64,000 nucleotides of DNA from an uncultured Ignavibacteria bacterium (lineage in GTDB: Bacteria > Zixibacteria > MSB-5A5 > WJJR01): positions 12,311 through 76,310 of the forward strand of contig CAYTTY010000014.1 of the NCBI GenBank assembly GCA_964440935.1. Reading direction: 5' to 3'. The translations under genes and the position numbers were made by a program. Shown here in pieces: positions 28,414 to 38,113 of this stretch (its first letter is position 1; each line of letters starts with the position of its first letter). The notes below the pieces were generated by a model. The model ran no database searches, was not told where the DNA came from, and was given only the letters and a program-made list of their open reading frames with translations.

Positions 28414-29751
28414 ATGCGCCTGATCGAACGCATCGCCGCCGCACTCACCGCCTGGTCGGTCCGCTGGGTACCGAACTCGTTTATCATCGCCTGCCTGCTG
28501 ACACTGATCGTGTTTGCGACCGCGTTGACACTCACGTCCGCCGGCCCGCTCGACTGTGTGACCTACTGGGGCGACGGCTTCTGGGCGCTGCTGTCATTTG
28601 GCATGCAGATGTGCCTGATTATCTTCACCGGCTACATTGTCGCCGTCTCGCCGCCGCTGCGACGCGTGCTCAGCGCGATCGCGCGTATCCCCAAGGGACC
28701 GAAGTCGGCGATCCTCACGATGACGATGATCTCGCTGTTGTTGTCGTGGTTTCACTGGGGATTGTCGATGGTCGGTTCGGCATTGATGGTGCGCTTCATC
28801 GCCGCACAACGCCGCGACGTCGATTACCGGTTGCTCGTCGCGTGCGCGTATCTGGGCATGGGCTGCACCTGGCACGCCGGGCTCTCCGCGTCGGCGCCGC
28901 TGCTGGTCGCCACACCGGGGCACTTCCTCGAATCGCAAATCGGCATCATCCCGATGGGGGAAACGATCTTCGCACCGTTCAATCTGATTCTCGTCGGCAT
29001 TGTGTTCGTCTTCTTGGGCATCTTCACGCCGATGCTGCACCCGCGCCCGGAACGCACCGTCACCGTCGATCCCAAAATCCTCGAAGGCTTCGAAGACTTT
29101 CATGCACCGCCGCCACCCTCGCACCCGTCGCCATCGGAACGCTTCGAACACTCCTATCTGATGAATGCCATTCTCGGTGCAATGGGAGTGATCTGGGTCG
29201 TGTGGTACTTCGTCATCAGCAGCGGCGGGCTCACACTGAACGCGTTCAACTTTACGGTGTTGTTTTTGGGACTTTTGCTTCATCGCACTACGGCGTCATT
29301 TCTCAAAGCGGCGGGCGAAGGCGGCAATCTGATTTTCGGAATTGTGTTGCAGTTTCCGTTCTATGCCGGCATGTACGGTATCATCAAATCATCGGGGCTC
29401 ACCGAAGTGCTGTCCAACGCACTCACGACGATGGCCAGTCGTGACACCTTCCCGGCCATCGTCTACTGGTACTCCGGCATCGTGAACTACTTCGTTCCAT
29501 CGGGCGGGTCGAAATGGGCGATCGAAGCGCCGTACATCCTCGAAGCGGCCAAATCGCTCGGTGTCACCCCCGCCAAAACAGTCGTCGCCTATGCCTGGGG
29601 CGACATGGCCACCGACATCATCCAGCCCTTCTGGGCAATCCCGCTATTGTCGGTCGCCAAGCTCGATTTCAAAGATATCATGGGCTACGGCATCGTGATC
29701 TTCACGGCGTACGCGCTGCTGGTGACGGTGGCGTTTCTGCTGTTTCCGTAG
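28414..29751 (+). CDS. Short-chain fatty acid transporter (AtoE family)
   Basis: 445 aa from ATG 28414. MRLIERIAAALTAWSVRWVPNSFIIA... is polytopic and resembles AtoE/TIGR00366. The upstream part of the track ORF is antisense to paralog 3. Confidence 0.8.
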   Translation: MRLIERIAAALTAWSVRWVPNSFIIACLLTLIVFATALTLTSAGPLDCVTYWGDGFWALLSFGMQMCLIIFTGYIVAVSPPLRRVLSAIARIPKGPKSAILTMTMISLLLSWFHWGLSMVGSALMVRFIAAQRRDVDYRLLVACAYLGMGCTWHAGLSASAPLLVATPGHFLESQIGIIPMGETIFAPFNLILVGIVFVFLGIFTPMLHPRPERTVTVDPKILEGFEDFHAPPPPSHPSPSERFEHSYLMNAILGAMGVIWVVWYFVISSGGLTLNAFNFTVLFLGLLLHRTTASFLKAAGEGGNLIFGIVLQFPFYAGMYGIIKSSGLTEVLSNALTTMASRDTFPAIVYWYSGIVNYFVPSGGSKWAIEAPYILEAAKSLGVTPAKTVVAYAWGDMATDIIQPFWAIPLLSVAKLDFKDIMGYGIVIFTAYALLVTVAFLLFP

Positions 29752-29813
29752 GGGTGACTTCTGTCGCCGTTCTTTCCCGTTCTGGCGTTCCCCGGTCACC
29801 CCCCCTCGTCAAT

Positions 29814-29902
29814 CTGTCATTCCCGTGCGCCGCGGCGGAGGAATCCAATTTTTGGTTGGACTTGGGCGCTAAAATGGATCCCCGCTTGCGCGGGGATGAC
29901 AG
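29814..29902. repeat. Family-D element, copy D2
   Basis: CTGTCATTCCCGTGCGCCGCGGCGGAGGAATCC...GGATCCCCGCTTGCGCGGGGATGACAG has inverted termini CTGTCAT(T/C)CCCG/CGGG(G/A)ATGACAG. Other copies lie at 24210-24300 and 37113-37200. Confidence 0.75.
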
Positions 29903-29989
29903 CGTACGAGTCATACCCTTTTCAGAAGCTCCGCTGGCTACAACGGAGGGTGACTCAACTGCTCGACTGATCACCTGCTCCAACCGCCC

Positions 29990-30120
29990 CCTCACCCCAA
30001 CCCTCTCCCCGATGGGGAGAGGGAGCACAATTCTTGGAGTCTCAGTCTTTTAATGGATTGATACCGGCCTGTCAGTCTTGGTTCCCTCTCCCTGGAGGGA
30101 GAGGGCCAGGGTGAGGGTGA
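29990..30120. repeat. Family-E element, copy E1
   Basis: CTCACCCCAACCCTCTCCCCGATGGGGAGAGGGAG ... CCCTCTCCCTGGAGGGAGAGGGCCAGGGTGAGGGTGA forms two hairpins in inverted arrangement. A related copy lies at 33576-33645. Confidence 0.7.
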
Positions 30121-30221
30121 ATCCTTATGCATGACGTTTCCATTCAGAATCATCACGACCCGCCCCCTTGAATCCAACACCCCCACGTACATACATTGGC
30201 ACAACAGCACGGAGATAACCT

Positions 30222-31718
30222 ATGCGTACCGTATCCAACCCGAAGAAAATCCGCGAGCCGCACTTTGCGCAGAACGGTGGCTTCTATACCGATAACCCGG
30301 TCGATCTGGCCAAGGAGATCGCCGGGTTCTTCCGCAATGCCAAACGTGTCGAATTGGGTGGCACCATTGCCGGTGTGGTCTGCCCGCATGCAGGCTATGC
30401 CTATTCCGGGCAAATCGCTGCCGATGCGTACAAGCAGCTTGAGGGGCTCTCGTACGATACCGTCATCGTGATTTCCCCCTCACACCAAGTGTTCTTTCCC
30501 GGTGTGTCAGTGTACTCCGGTGGCGCGTATCGGACACCACTGGGCGACATCCCGCTCGATCTGGATTTCTGCGAGAAGCTGACGTCGGTCGACAAGTCCG
30601 TCTCACTCTCCGACATCGGCCACGACGCCTCGGGCGGCGGCTGGGAGCATTCGCTTGAGGTGCATCTGCCGTTTCTGCAAGTTGTCCTCGGCTCATTCGC
30701 GCTTGTCCCAATCGTCATGGGCGATCAGGAATTCCAGACGGCTAAAAAGCTGGGTGAGTTGATCGGACGCTACGCGAAGTTCGGCAAGACACTGGTCGTC
30801 GCATCATCGGATCTGGCCCACGGGCACAGCTACGCCGAAACCAAACAGCTCGATGAAGTCGCCGGGGCGGCGGTCAAAGCGTATGATCCGAACAGACTCT
30901 ACGACCGTTTCCGCGACCGTGGTTTCGAAGCGTGCGGCGGCGGGCCGATTACCGCGGCGATGATTGCCACGCAGATTATGGGCGCCGATTCATCGCAAGT
31001 GATCACGATGCGCAACTCCGGCGATGTCACCGGAGAAAAATCGGGGTACATTGTCGGCTATCTCTCGGCGGTCTTCTACAGTTCGACCGACACACCGAGC
31101 GCGCCCAAATACACGGGACGCAAGAAGGAATCGATCGAAGCAAAGGCGACCGCACGGTCTCCGAACCTGTCGACCGACCACGAACTCAACGACAGTGAAC
31201 GCTCATTTCTGCTGCGCACCGCACGTCGATCATTGGAGCACGCGGTCAAAGGGGCCAACAGGTCGTGCCCCGACGCGCCCACCGACAAACTGCGTGAAAA
31301 GCGCGGTGTGTTTGTAACGCTGAAGAGACGCGGGCAATTGCGTGGATGCATCGGGTATGTGCGCCCGTACAAGCCGCTCGTCGATGCCGTCTGGGAGATG
31401 GCCGAATCGGCGGCGGTGCGCGATGACCGTTTTATCCCGGTTGACGCTCGCGAAGTCGATGACATCATCATCGAAATCACCGTGCTCTCACCGTTGGAAC
31501 GCGTGACGAGCCCCGATCATGTCTTAGTCGGACGTCACGGATTATTGGTTACACGTGGCTATCAGGCGGGCGTGCTATTGCCGCAGGTCCCGATCGAAGC
31601 CGACTGGGATCGCGAGACATTTCTCGAACAGACCTGCCTGAAGGCGGGCTTGCCGCCCGACGCCTGGCAGGAACCCGACACGATTATCGAGGTGTTCACG
31701 GCCGAGGTGTTGCACTAA
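30222..31718 (+). CDS. Fusion protein: Memo-like (AmmeMemoRadiSam system protein B) N-domain with an AMMECR1 (system protein A) C-domain
   Basis: The N-terminal half has CPHAGYAYSGQIAADAY and ...SSDLAHG (Memo family). The C-terminal half has GVFVTLKRRGQLRGCIGY...LLPQV (AMMECR1). A Ser/Thr/Lys-rich linker joins them. Confidence 0.85.
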   Translation: MRTVSNPKKIREPHFAQNGGFYTDNPVDLAKEIAGFFRNAKRVELGGTIAGVVCPHAGYAYSGQIAADAYKQLEGLSYDTVIVISPSHQVFFPGVSVYSGGAYRTPLGDIPLDLDFCEKLTSVDKSVSLSDIGHDASGGGWEHSLEVHLPFLQVVLGSFALVPIVMGDQEFQTAKKLGELIGRYAKFGKTLVVASSDLAHGHSYAETKQLDEVAGAAVKAYDPNRLYDRFRDRGFEACGGGPITAAMIATQIMGADSSQVITMRNSGDVTGEKSGYIVGYLSAVFYSSTDTPSAPKYTGRKKESIEAKATARSPNLSTDHELNDSERSFLLRTARRSLEHAVKGANRSCPDAPTDKLREKRGVFVTLKRRGQLRGCIGYVRPYKPLVDAVWEMAESAAVRDDRFIPVDAREVDDIIIEITVLSPLERVTSPDHVLVGRHGLLVTRGYQAGVLLPQVPIEADWDRETFLEQTCLKAGLPPDAWQEPDTIIEVFTAEVLH

Positions 31719-32377
31719 TGGCTGTAACCGTCATCGGCCGCGTGGCGCCCGAACTCGAACGGTTCTTAAATCGCCACATTCTTGGCGTCGCCCCGCATCC
31801 CGACCACTGGCCGCCGCCCGACGACTGCGCAAGCCTGCCGGTCCCGCCGGGGTACGACGTTTCCGATGAAACCGGACCGGCGTGGGTGCTGGCGCATGAA
31901 CACATGTCGGTCTGGCATCACCGTCGTACGACACTCGGTGCGCAGGGTTACCGCTTCGCGCACAACGGCGAATTCGACTGCGGCTGGCGGCTGGCCGATG
32001 TCGCGGCGCGCTTTGTGCATGAACGTCTGAATGTCGGCTTCAATTGTGTCACGATACTGCCGCCACCGCCGGTATATCGCAGCCAATATGTGCTACCCTG
32101 GGTTACCCAACGTCTGGCCGAGCGTCTCGCTATTCCGTTCGTGCCCAACCTGTTCACGGCGGTGGCGCCATTCGCCGAACATCCCGATATCGCCCGGTAC
32201 TTGTTGGTCCCCGGCTTGAGCCTGTTCACATTTTCTCGCGAAACTGATACACAACTGAACGGTGCCTCTGTATTGTTGGTCGACTGGGCGCGTCACACCG
32301 GGCATACCCTGCGGTCGCTGGCGCAGCAACTGAAACGAAAAGGCGCAACGGTGGTGCGGTTCACCTGGTTTGATTGA
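31718..32377 (+). CDS. ComF-related phosphoribosyltransferase-like protein with a degenerate PRPP loop
   Basis: The C-terminal ASVLLVDWARHTGHTLRSLAQQLKRKGA resembles the PRTase motif VLLVDDV.TTG.T, but with D->W. No N-terminal Cys4 finger is present. The start overlaps the preceding stop (TAATG) and dprA follows. Confidence 0.4.
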   Translation: MAVTVIGRVAPELERFLNRHILGVAPHPDHWPPPDDCASLPVPPGYDVSDETGPAWVLAHEHMSVWHHRRTTLGAQGYRFAHNGEFDCGWRLADVAARFVHERLNVGFNCVTILPPPPVYRSQYVLPWVTQRLAERLAIPFVPNLFTAVAPFAEHPDIARYLLVPGLSLFTFSRETDTQLNGASVLLVDWARHTGHTLRSLAQQLKRKGATVVRFTWFD

Positions 32378-32379
32378 TT

Positions 32380-33255
32380 ATGCCGACAGCACACGATTTG
32401 ACCATACTCTACGCTCTGACGTCTGCGGTCCGTCTCGGTCCCAAGACGATGGCCGCACTTCTCCTCCATTTCCGCGATCCGGAGGGAATCTGGGAAGCGA
32501 ACATCGATGAGATCGCGCGTGCTGGCAAACTCGACAGTGCGTCCACCGGGCGGTTTGCCGAAGCACGCATGAAGTATGATGAGATCAACGCCGAACTCGA
32601 TCACATTATCGACGAGGGCACCAAAGTGGTCAGCATTCTCGATGCGCACTATCCCGAACGGCTCCGTCGTCTCGCCGATCCCCCAACCATCCTGTACCAT
32701 CGCGGCGAGTTGCCCGATCTGGAGCAGCCGGCGATTGCGGTTGTCGGCACACACAAGGCCGACAACGAGGGCATTGCCGATGCGGTCGCGTGGGGTAAGG
32801 GACTGGTTGAGCGCGGTGCGGTGGTGGTCTCGGGCCTGGCGCGCGGCATTGATGGCGGCGGTCATACCGGCGCGCTGGCGTCCGATGGCAAAACCTACGC
32901 TGTCTTAGGCAGCGGCTTTGCCAATATCTACCCACCCGAGCACCGTCAACTCGCTGAGAAGATCACCGAGAACGGCGCCCTGATCTCCGAACATCCGCCC
33001 AAGACGCCGCTCACCAAGCAGCGTCTCGTCCTGCGTAATCGAATCATCGTTGGCTTGGCCGATGCGGTGGTGGTCGTCCGTGTCCATGAGGGCACCCGCG
33101 GTTCAATGGAAGCGATTCGTCGCGCCCGCAACATCGCCATCCCGATTTTCCTCGTCGCCGCCGACACCAGCTCGGTGGCCCAGCGCGCCGTCGCCGAAGG
33201 CGCGGTCCCCATCGCTCCGGAACCCGATTTCGATCTCGTGTTGAACTATCTGTAG
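32380..33255 (+). CDS. dprA: DNA-processing protein DprA (Smf)
   Basis: YPERLRRLADPPTILYHRG...VVGTHKA...VVSGLARGIDGGGHTGAL...VLGSGFANIYP is the canonical DprA Rossmann domain. Confidence 0.92.
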   Translation: MPTAHDLTILYALTSAVRLGPKTMAALLLHFRDPEGIWEANIDEIARAGKLDSASTGRFAEARMKYDEINAELDHIIDEGTKVVSILDAHYPERLRRLADPPTILYHRGELPDLEQPAIAVVGTHKADNEGIADAVAWGKGLVERGAVVVSGLARGIDGGGHTGALASDGKTYAVLGSGFANIYPPEHRQLAEKITENGALISEHPPKTPLTKQRLVLRNRIIVGLADAVVVVRVHEGTRGSMEAIRRARNIAIPIFLVAADTSSVAQRAVAEGAVPIAPEPDFDLVLNYL

Positions 33256-33367
33256 CACTGCGGCAGCGGCGACAAGCACCGCTTCGAAGTACGCCCAAAA
33301 ACATTTTGTCATCCCGAGTCCGCCGGAGGCGGAAGGGATCCGCTTCTTGCGCCCGACCCTGCCATTA

Positions 33368-33516
33368 TCGCGATTGTCAGAAGAACTGTCCGACTCACGA
33401 GACCGTAGCATGGCCGTCCCGCTTGCCGTGAGCATGGTCGAACGGGCCATGCCGTACGGGCGAGGCGCCCGTGCTACATCGCCCGGTCAATCGGAAAACA
33501 ATTCTGACAATCGCTC
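33368..33516. repeat. Family-A TIR element, copy A2 (short form, about 150 bp)
   Basis: Termini are GCGATTGTCAGAAGAACTGTCCGA ... AACAATTCTGACAATCGCT. The core hairpin is the same as in A1. Confidence 0.8.
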
Positions 33517-33575
33517 CTCATAGAGTGACTTGCATAATTCCCCTCCGATTCCCGATCCAACCCGAAAGATATACT

Positions 33576-33645
33576 TCTCACCCCAACCCTCTCCCCGCTG
33601 AACAGCGCGGGCTTGCCCTTAACGAAGTCGAAGGGGAGAGGGAGC
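33576..33645. repeat. Family-E element, copy E2
   Basis: CTCACCCCAACCCTCTCCCC-(36 nt)-GGGGAGAGGGAG. Confidence 0.6.
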
Positions 33646-33848
33646 TAAACGTAGGGGCGCACACTTCGACTCCGCTCCGTGCAAGCAGCTGTGCAGGCGC
33701 CCGCGTGACGGGTACGGTGATCCGGCAAAGTTCTGCCCAAATCGCAGGGCCTGTCTATCGCTACGCAATGCCGGCACCGTGCCCGCACCCCCCTTGTCTA
33801 CCCACCGCCGCTTCACTACCTTGAAGGCCACACAGGAGGGTTTACAGC

Positions 33849-34058
33849 ATGGGAAAAGTGTACAAGACAATCACCCTGGTCGGCACCTCGACCAAAGACT
33901 ACGAAGATGCCATCAACAGTGCGATTAACGAAGCCGCCAAGACGTTGAAGGGCATGGCCTGGTTTGAAGTGAAAGAAATGCGCGGCGGCATCAAAGACAA
34001 CAAAGTCGCCGAGTATCAGGCGATCATTACAGTAGGATTCCTGCTGATCAACGAGTGA
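33849..34058 (+). CDS. Dodecin-family flavin-binding protein
   Basis: 69 aa, MGKVYKTITLVGTSTKDYEDAINSAINEAAKTLKGMAWFEVKEMRGGI...YQAIITVGF is a textbook dodecin pattern. AGGAGGG RBS precedes the start. Confidence 0.85.
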   Translation: MGKVYKTITLVGTSTKDYEDAINSAINEAAKTLKGMAWFEVKEMRGGIKDNKVAEYQAIITVGFLLINE

Positions 34059-35158
34059 GACACACACTCCGGATCGTTCTAATCGGGTGGACCGCGGCGG
34101 CCCTGTGGTCGTGCTCCGATGACGGTTCCACCAGTCCCGGAGCCCACGCGCGCAATTACCACATGGGCTTCGCGCTCTACCCGACCGTATTTCAGTCGGC
34201 GCTGCCGCAGCAGTATGTGATGAACTTCCGCACGCGCGCCGATCTGGTAACGGTGCATTGGGACGGGAACGTGCCGTGGCCGCTGCTGGCCCGCTGTCCC
34301 GACCTCGGCAATTGTGATCCGGGGGGCGACAGCCTGCTGATGGCAATGCAGGACAATCTGAACCAGACGGTCGAGGGGCTGCGCAATCAGACCGGCATTT
34401 TCAAACGCGATCCTGAACGGCTGGTCTACCTCGCGTTGAGCCCGCTGAATATCGACCGCGACGGCATCGTCAGCACCTACGCCGGCCTGCGCGCCACCCC
34501 GCCGGGCGCGACCTTCGCCACACCCGCCGTCACCGAGCACTATGTCCGTTTCGTTTCGTACCTGGTTGCACAGTTCGACCCCGATTACTTCTCACCGGTG
34601 ATCGAGATCAACATGTACGCCGTCAACCAGCCCGGCGATTTCCTGAATCTGATCGCCCTGGCGCAAGATGTGTACGAAGCGATCAAGACCGAACATCCAA
34701 TGTTGCCGATGGCGCCCACGATCCAGTGGGAATTCTACAAGGTGGGATGGGATACACAAGCACGGCATCCGCTGCTCGACAGTTTATCAACCAATTGGGC
34801 CCGGTTTGCCGACTTCTATGCGCTCTCAACATATCCCAACATCCAACTCGACCGCTCATCGGTCGATTCGACCTGGTACCGATTCGATCAGTACGGTCTC
34901 GACGATATCACCCAGTCGCAGTTGATGATCTCCGAATGCGGCGTTCAGCCGCTGATGCAACGTGACATGTTGCAGACACTCTCGCGTCTGCTCCAGCGTT
35001 ACAAAGGTATCGCGCTGAACTACTTCTTCCTCGAAGACATGGATCATCTCGACTTTCCGCCATCATTCAAGGATGTGGGATTGTATCACGATAAACAGTC
35101 ACCGACACTGACGCCGCATCCGGGGCTGGCCACGTGGGACAGCCTGTATGCGTTGTAG
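34055..35158 (+). CDS. Hypothetical lipoprotein, possibly a clan GH-A-like TIM-barrel hydrolase
   Basis: Lipobox-like signal (LIGWTAAALWSC). Candidate catalytic acid region (VIEINMYA) and nucleophile region (LMISECG). The GTG start overlaps the dodecin stop (GTGA). No confident family assignment can be made by eye. Confidence 0.35.
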   Translation: MRHTLRIVLIGWTAAALWSCSDDGSTSPGAHARNYHMGFALYPTVFQSALPQQYVMNFRTRADLVTVHWDGNVPWPLLARCPDLGNCDPGGDSLLMAMQDNLNQTVEGLRNQTGIFKRDPERLVYLALSPLNIDRDGIVSTYAGLRATPPGATFATPAVTEHYVRFVSYLVAQFDPDYFSPVIEINMYAVNQPGDFLNLIALAQDVYEAIKTEHPMLPMAPTIQWEFYKVGWDTQARHPLLDSLSTNWARFADFYALSTYPNIQLDRSSVDSTWYRFDQYGLDDITQSQLMISECGVQPLMQRDMLQTLSRLLQRYKGIALNYFFLEDMDHLDFPPSFKDVGLYHDKQSPTLTPHPGLATWDSLYAL

Positions 35159-35200
35159 GACAGCAGGTGGGCGCAAACAGAACCACGGGAGTTGACTGAT

Positions 35201-37045
35201 ATGAGCCTTAACCACATCATCCTGACACTCGCAATACTCATCGGCCTGTTTCTGTTTGTCCAACCGATCTGGGTGCGTTTGCAACGCATCCATCGCACGT
35301 CGAAAGGATTCACGCTCGACGATGTCCCCCGCCGCATCGGACGGTTCATCTCCGAAGTCATATTCCAAAGTAAGATCATTAAACAGCGGCCGTTTGCCGG
35401 CCTGATGCACGCGCTCGTCTTTTGGGGGTTCATCGCGTTCATTCCGGTCACTATTGACCACTTTGTCCGCGGCTACGGCGGCACGTTTCTTGGTCACGGT
35501 AGCGTTCACGCGATCATCACGACGATTGTCGCCGTCTTCGCCGTGCTGGTCATCATCGGTATCACCGGGCTCGCCTTGCGCCGTTATATCTCAAAACCGG
35601 CGGCCCTGGGAGAGGTGAAAGCCGAGTCGGGTGTGGTCGCGCTGTTCATCGAAATCCTGATGGTGACCTATCTGCTTGAACTGTATGTCTTCACCGAGCC
35701 ATCGTCGACCGCCGCACAGATCAATTGGTGGCTTCACGCGCTGACCATCTTGGCCTTTCTGGCATTGATCCCGCGCTCGAAGCACTTGCACCTGATCCTG
35801 TCACCGATAACGACATTCCTGAAAGACTTCGAGCTGGCGACGATTCGCCCGCTCGATTTCGAAAGAGAAGAATTCGGTGCCTTCAAGCTGTCCGATCTCG
35901 CTGCGCATACAGCGCTGGGTGCGTTCACCTGTGTCGAGTGCGGCCGCTGCTATGATCACTGCCCCGCCCGTGTCACCGGCAAGCTGCTCGATCCCAAACA
36001 ACTGATGCTCGATCTGCGCGACGGGTTCCTCAAAGATCCCGAACAGAACATTGTCGGCGATACGATTGCTGAGGAAATCCTCTGGCAGTGTACATCATGC
36101 GGCGCGTGTACCTATCAGTGCCCGGTCGGTATCGATCAGGTCGTGCCGATCATGGAAGCACGCCGTGGACAAACCGCCGAGGGCGCCGTCCCGCACACGT
36201 TCAATACCTTTTTCACCAATCTCGAACGCCTGCAAAACCCGTGGGCCTATCCCACACCGCAGGCGCACGAGTTTATCGAGGAAAACGAATATCCCAAATT
36301 CGACGGTCACGAATACTTGTACTGGATGGGCTGTCTCGCGCGGTTCGACATTCAATATCGCAAGTCCTCACTCGCGTTCAAGAAGATCCTCGATCAGGGC
36401 GGCGTTTCGTATGGCGTCCTTCCCGATGAACAGTGCACCGGCGATGCGGCCCGTCGCGCCGGCAATGAATACCTGTTTACTGAACTTGCGACGGCTAACG
36501 TCGAACTGTTGAATTCGGCGGGGGTGAAGAAGATCGTCGCCACCTGTCCGCACTGTGTGCGCACACTGTCGGAATACAAGGACTTCGGGCTGCATCAGGA
36601 TGTTGAGATCATTCATCACTCGCGACTAATCACCGAATTGGTCGCCGCCGGGAAGATCAATATCGACACGGACGGCGATGGCAACGTCCCGGTCTATCAT
36701 GATCCGTGTTACCTCTCACGGTATGGTCAGGACGGTGACATCGAGAATCCGCGTAAGGTCGTCGCCACCGCCCACGGCGGCACGGCCCCGAAAGAGCCCG
36801 AACGCACCGGCGACCAATCATTCTGCTGCGGTGCCGGCGGCGCGATGATCTTCGCCGAAGAAACGAAGGGAACACGCATCAACCGCGACCGCACGGAAGA
36901 GCTGCTCAACACCGGCGCCGATGACGTCGCCGTCGCCTGTCCCTTCTGCCAGATCATGATCCGCGACGCCACCGCCGATCTGGACCGGAGTGATGACGTC
37001 AAGGTGCGGGATATTGCCGAGTATGTCGCGGAGCGGATGGGGTAG
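35201..37045 (+). CDS. Membrane-anchored (Fe-S) oxidoreductase, HdrD/GlpC/DsrK-like (N-terminal TM domain, 2x[4Fe-4S], 2 CCG domains)
   Basis: About 5-6 N-terminal TM helices. Ferredoxin motifs are CVECGRCYDHCP and CTSCGACTYQCP. Cys-rich CCG-type regions are ...YWMGC..., CPHC, ...FCCGAGG..., ACPFC. Confidence 0.8.
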   Translation: MSLNHIILTLAILIGLFLFVQPIWVRLQRIHRTSKGFTLDDVPRRIGRFISEVIFQSKIIKQRPFAGLMHALVFWGFIAFIPVTIDHFVRGYGGTFLGHGSVHAIITTIVAVFAVLVIIGITGLALRRYISKPAALGEVKAESGVVALFIEILMVTYLLELYVFTEPSSTAAQINWWLHALTILAFLALIPRSKHLHLILSPITTFLKDFELATIRPLDFEREEFGAFKLSDLAAHTALGAFTCVECGRCYDHCPARVTGKLLDPKQLMLDLRDGFLKDPEQNIVGDTIAEEILWQCTSCGACTYQCPVGIDQVVPIMEARRGQTAEGAVPHTFNTFFTNLERLQNPWAYPTPQAHEFIEENEYPKFDGHEYLYWMGCLARFDIQYRKSSLAFKKILDQGGVSYGVLPDEQCTGDAARRAGNEYLFTELATANVELLNSAGVKKIVATCPHCVRTLSEYKDFGLHQDVEIIHHSRLITELVAAGKINIDTDGDGNVPVYHDPCYLSRYGQDGDIENPRKVVATAHGGTAPKEPERTGDQSFCCGAGGAMIFAEETKGTRINRDRTEELLNTGADDVAVACPFCQIMIRDATADLDRSDDVKVRDIAEYVAERMG

Positions 37046-37112
37046 CGCGATTTTGGTGGGTGCAGAGCACCCACCCTACAATGGCCGCGCAGTGGTGACT
37101 GAAAGTAACTTG

Positions 37113-37200
37113 CTGTCATTCCCGTGAAAGCGGGAATCTATTTTGTCTTTTTGCACTAAACGATAATAGGTCTGTCCGACGCTGCGGACGGGGATGACAA
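37113..37200. repeat. Family-D element, copy D3
   Basis: CTGTCATTCCCGTGAAAGCGGGAATC ... GTCCGACGCTGCGGACGGGGATGACAA. Confidence 0.7.
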
Positions 37201-37228
37201 TCCGACTCTATATAGAAATCTAACTACC

Positions 37229-37780
37229 ATGACCCACCTCGCCTTCCTCCGCGCCATCAACGTCGGCGGACGTGCCCTCGTCAAAATGGCTGACTTGAAG
37301 AAAGCATTCGACGCCGCCGGCGCAACGAACGTCCAAACCTACATCCAAAGCGGCAATGTCATCTTCGATGCCCCCGACTCTGCCACCGGACAGGCAAAAC
37401 TGGTCAAGAGCATCCAGGCCAGACTGAATAAGCTTATGGGCAAAGACGTCGACGTGATGTATCGGACACACAAAGACCTGCAACGCATGATCACAGCCGA
37501 TCCGTTCAAAAACGTCGACACCAAACAGGATCTGAAACTCTATGTCGCCTTCCTGAAGGACAAACCAAAGAAACGTCCCAAGCTCCCGCTCACAGCCGAG
37601 AAAGATGGCCTCAAAATCATCAAGATCAGTGGCAGCGACGTGTTCCTGGTCAGCTACCCGGTTGGCAAAGGCCGCTACGGCGTGCCAAATCTTTTTGTCG
37701 AGAAGGAATTTGACACACCAGCCACATCACGGAACTGGAATACGGTGCAGAAAATCGTTAAGAAGATTGCGGAGACTTAG
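37229..37780 (+). CDS. DUF1697 domain protein
   Basis: MTHLAFLRAINVGGRALVKMADLKKAF is the signature N-terminus of DUF1697. Confidence 0.8.
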   Translation: MTHLAFLRAINVGGRALVKMADLKKAFDAAGATNVQTYIQSGNVIFDAPDSATGQAKLVKSIQARLNKLMGKDVDVMYRTHKDLQRMITADPFKNVDTKQDLKLYVAFLKDKPKKRPKLPLTAEKDGLKIIKISGSDVFLVSYPVGKGRYGVPNLFVEKEFDTPATSRNWNTVQKIVKKIAET

Positions 37781-37796
37781 ATCCGTTTTGGAGACA

Positions 37797-38075
37797 CCCG
37801 GCAAATGGGCGTGTTGAAAAATCCTGAATTTCCAGCAATGCCATGCATCGACAAGAACAATACCCGGGGCGTATGGCATACGCCCTGCCCGCGTATGGGT
37901 TACGCGCAGAGGGCGTATTCAATACGCCCCTACAAAAGCACGTCATCTGCAATGACGCACGTTTTTCAACACACCCCTTGGTCCGGGTTTCACAGAAACA
38001 ATTCCCATGGCATCGAAAAGGTACTTTCTTAGAGGCGTATTTTGAGACCCGGTCCAAAGTCCGGGCCACCCAGGA
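37797..38075. repeat. Family-B element, copy B3, plus an adjacent hairpin module
   Basis: Termini are GGGCGTGTTGAAAAA ... GTTTTTCAACACACCCCTTGGTCCGGG. The interior has GGGGCGTATGGCATACGCCC and GGGCGTATTCAATACGCCCC hairpins, followed by GACCCGGTCCAAAGTCCGGGCC. Confidence 0.75.
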
Positions 38076-38113
38076 AGAATTGTGAGAGAAGAGATTCATA
38101 CGGAGGTGAACCC

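Noticed and set aside
29760-30215. Repeat-rich spacers as CRISPR arrays
   Set aside because: There are no regularly spaced identical direct repeats. The units are inverted or palindromic, of different families and variable spacing, and no cas genes are present.
33650-33848. Possible FMN riboswitch upstream of dodecin
   Set aside because: None of the conserved RFN-element segments are present. The region consists of repeat modules plus an ordinary RBS.
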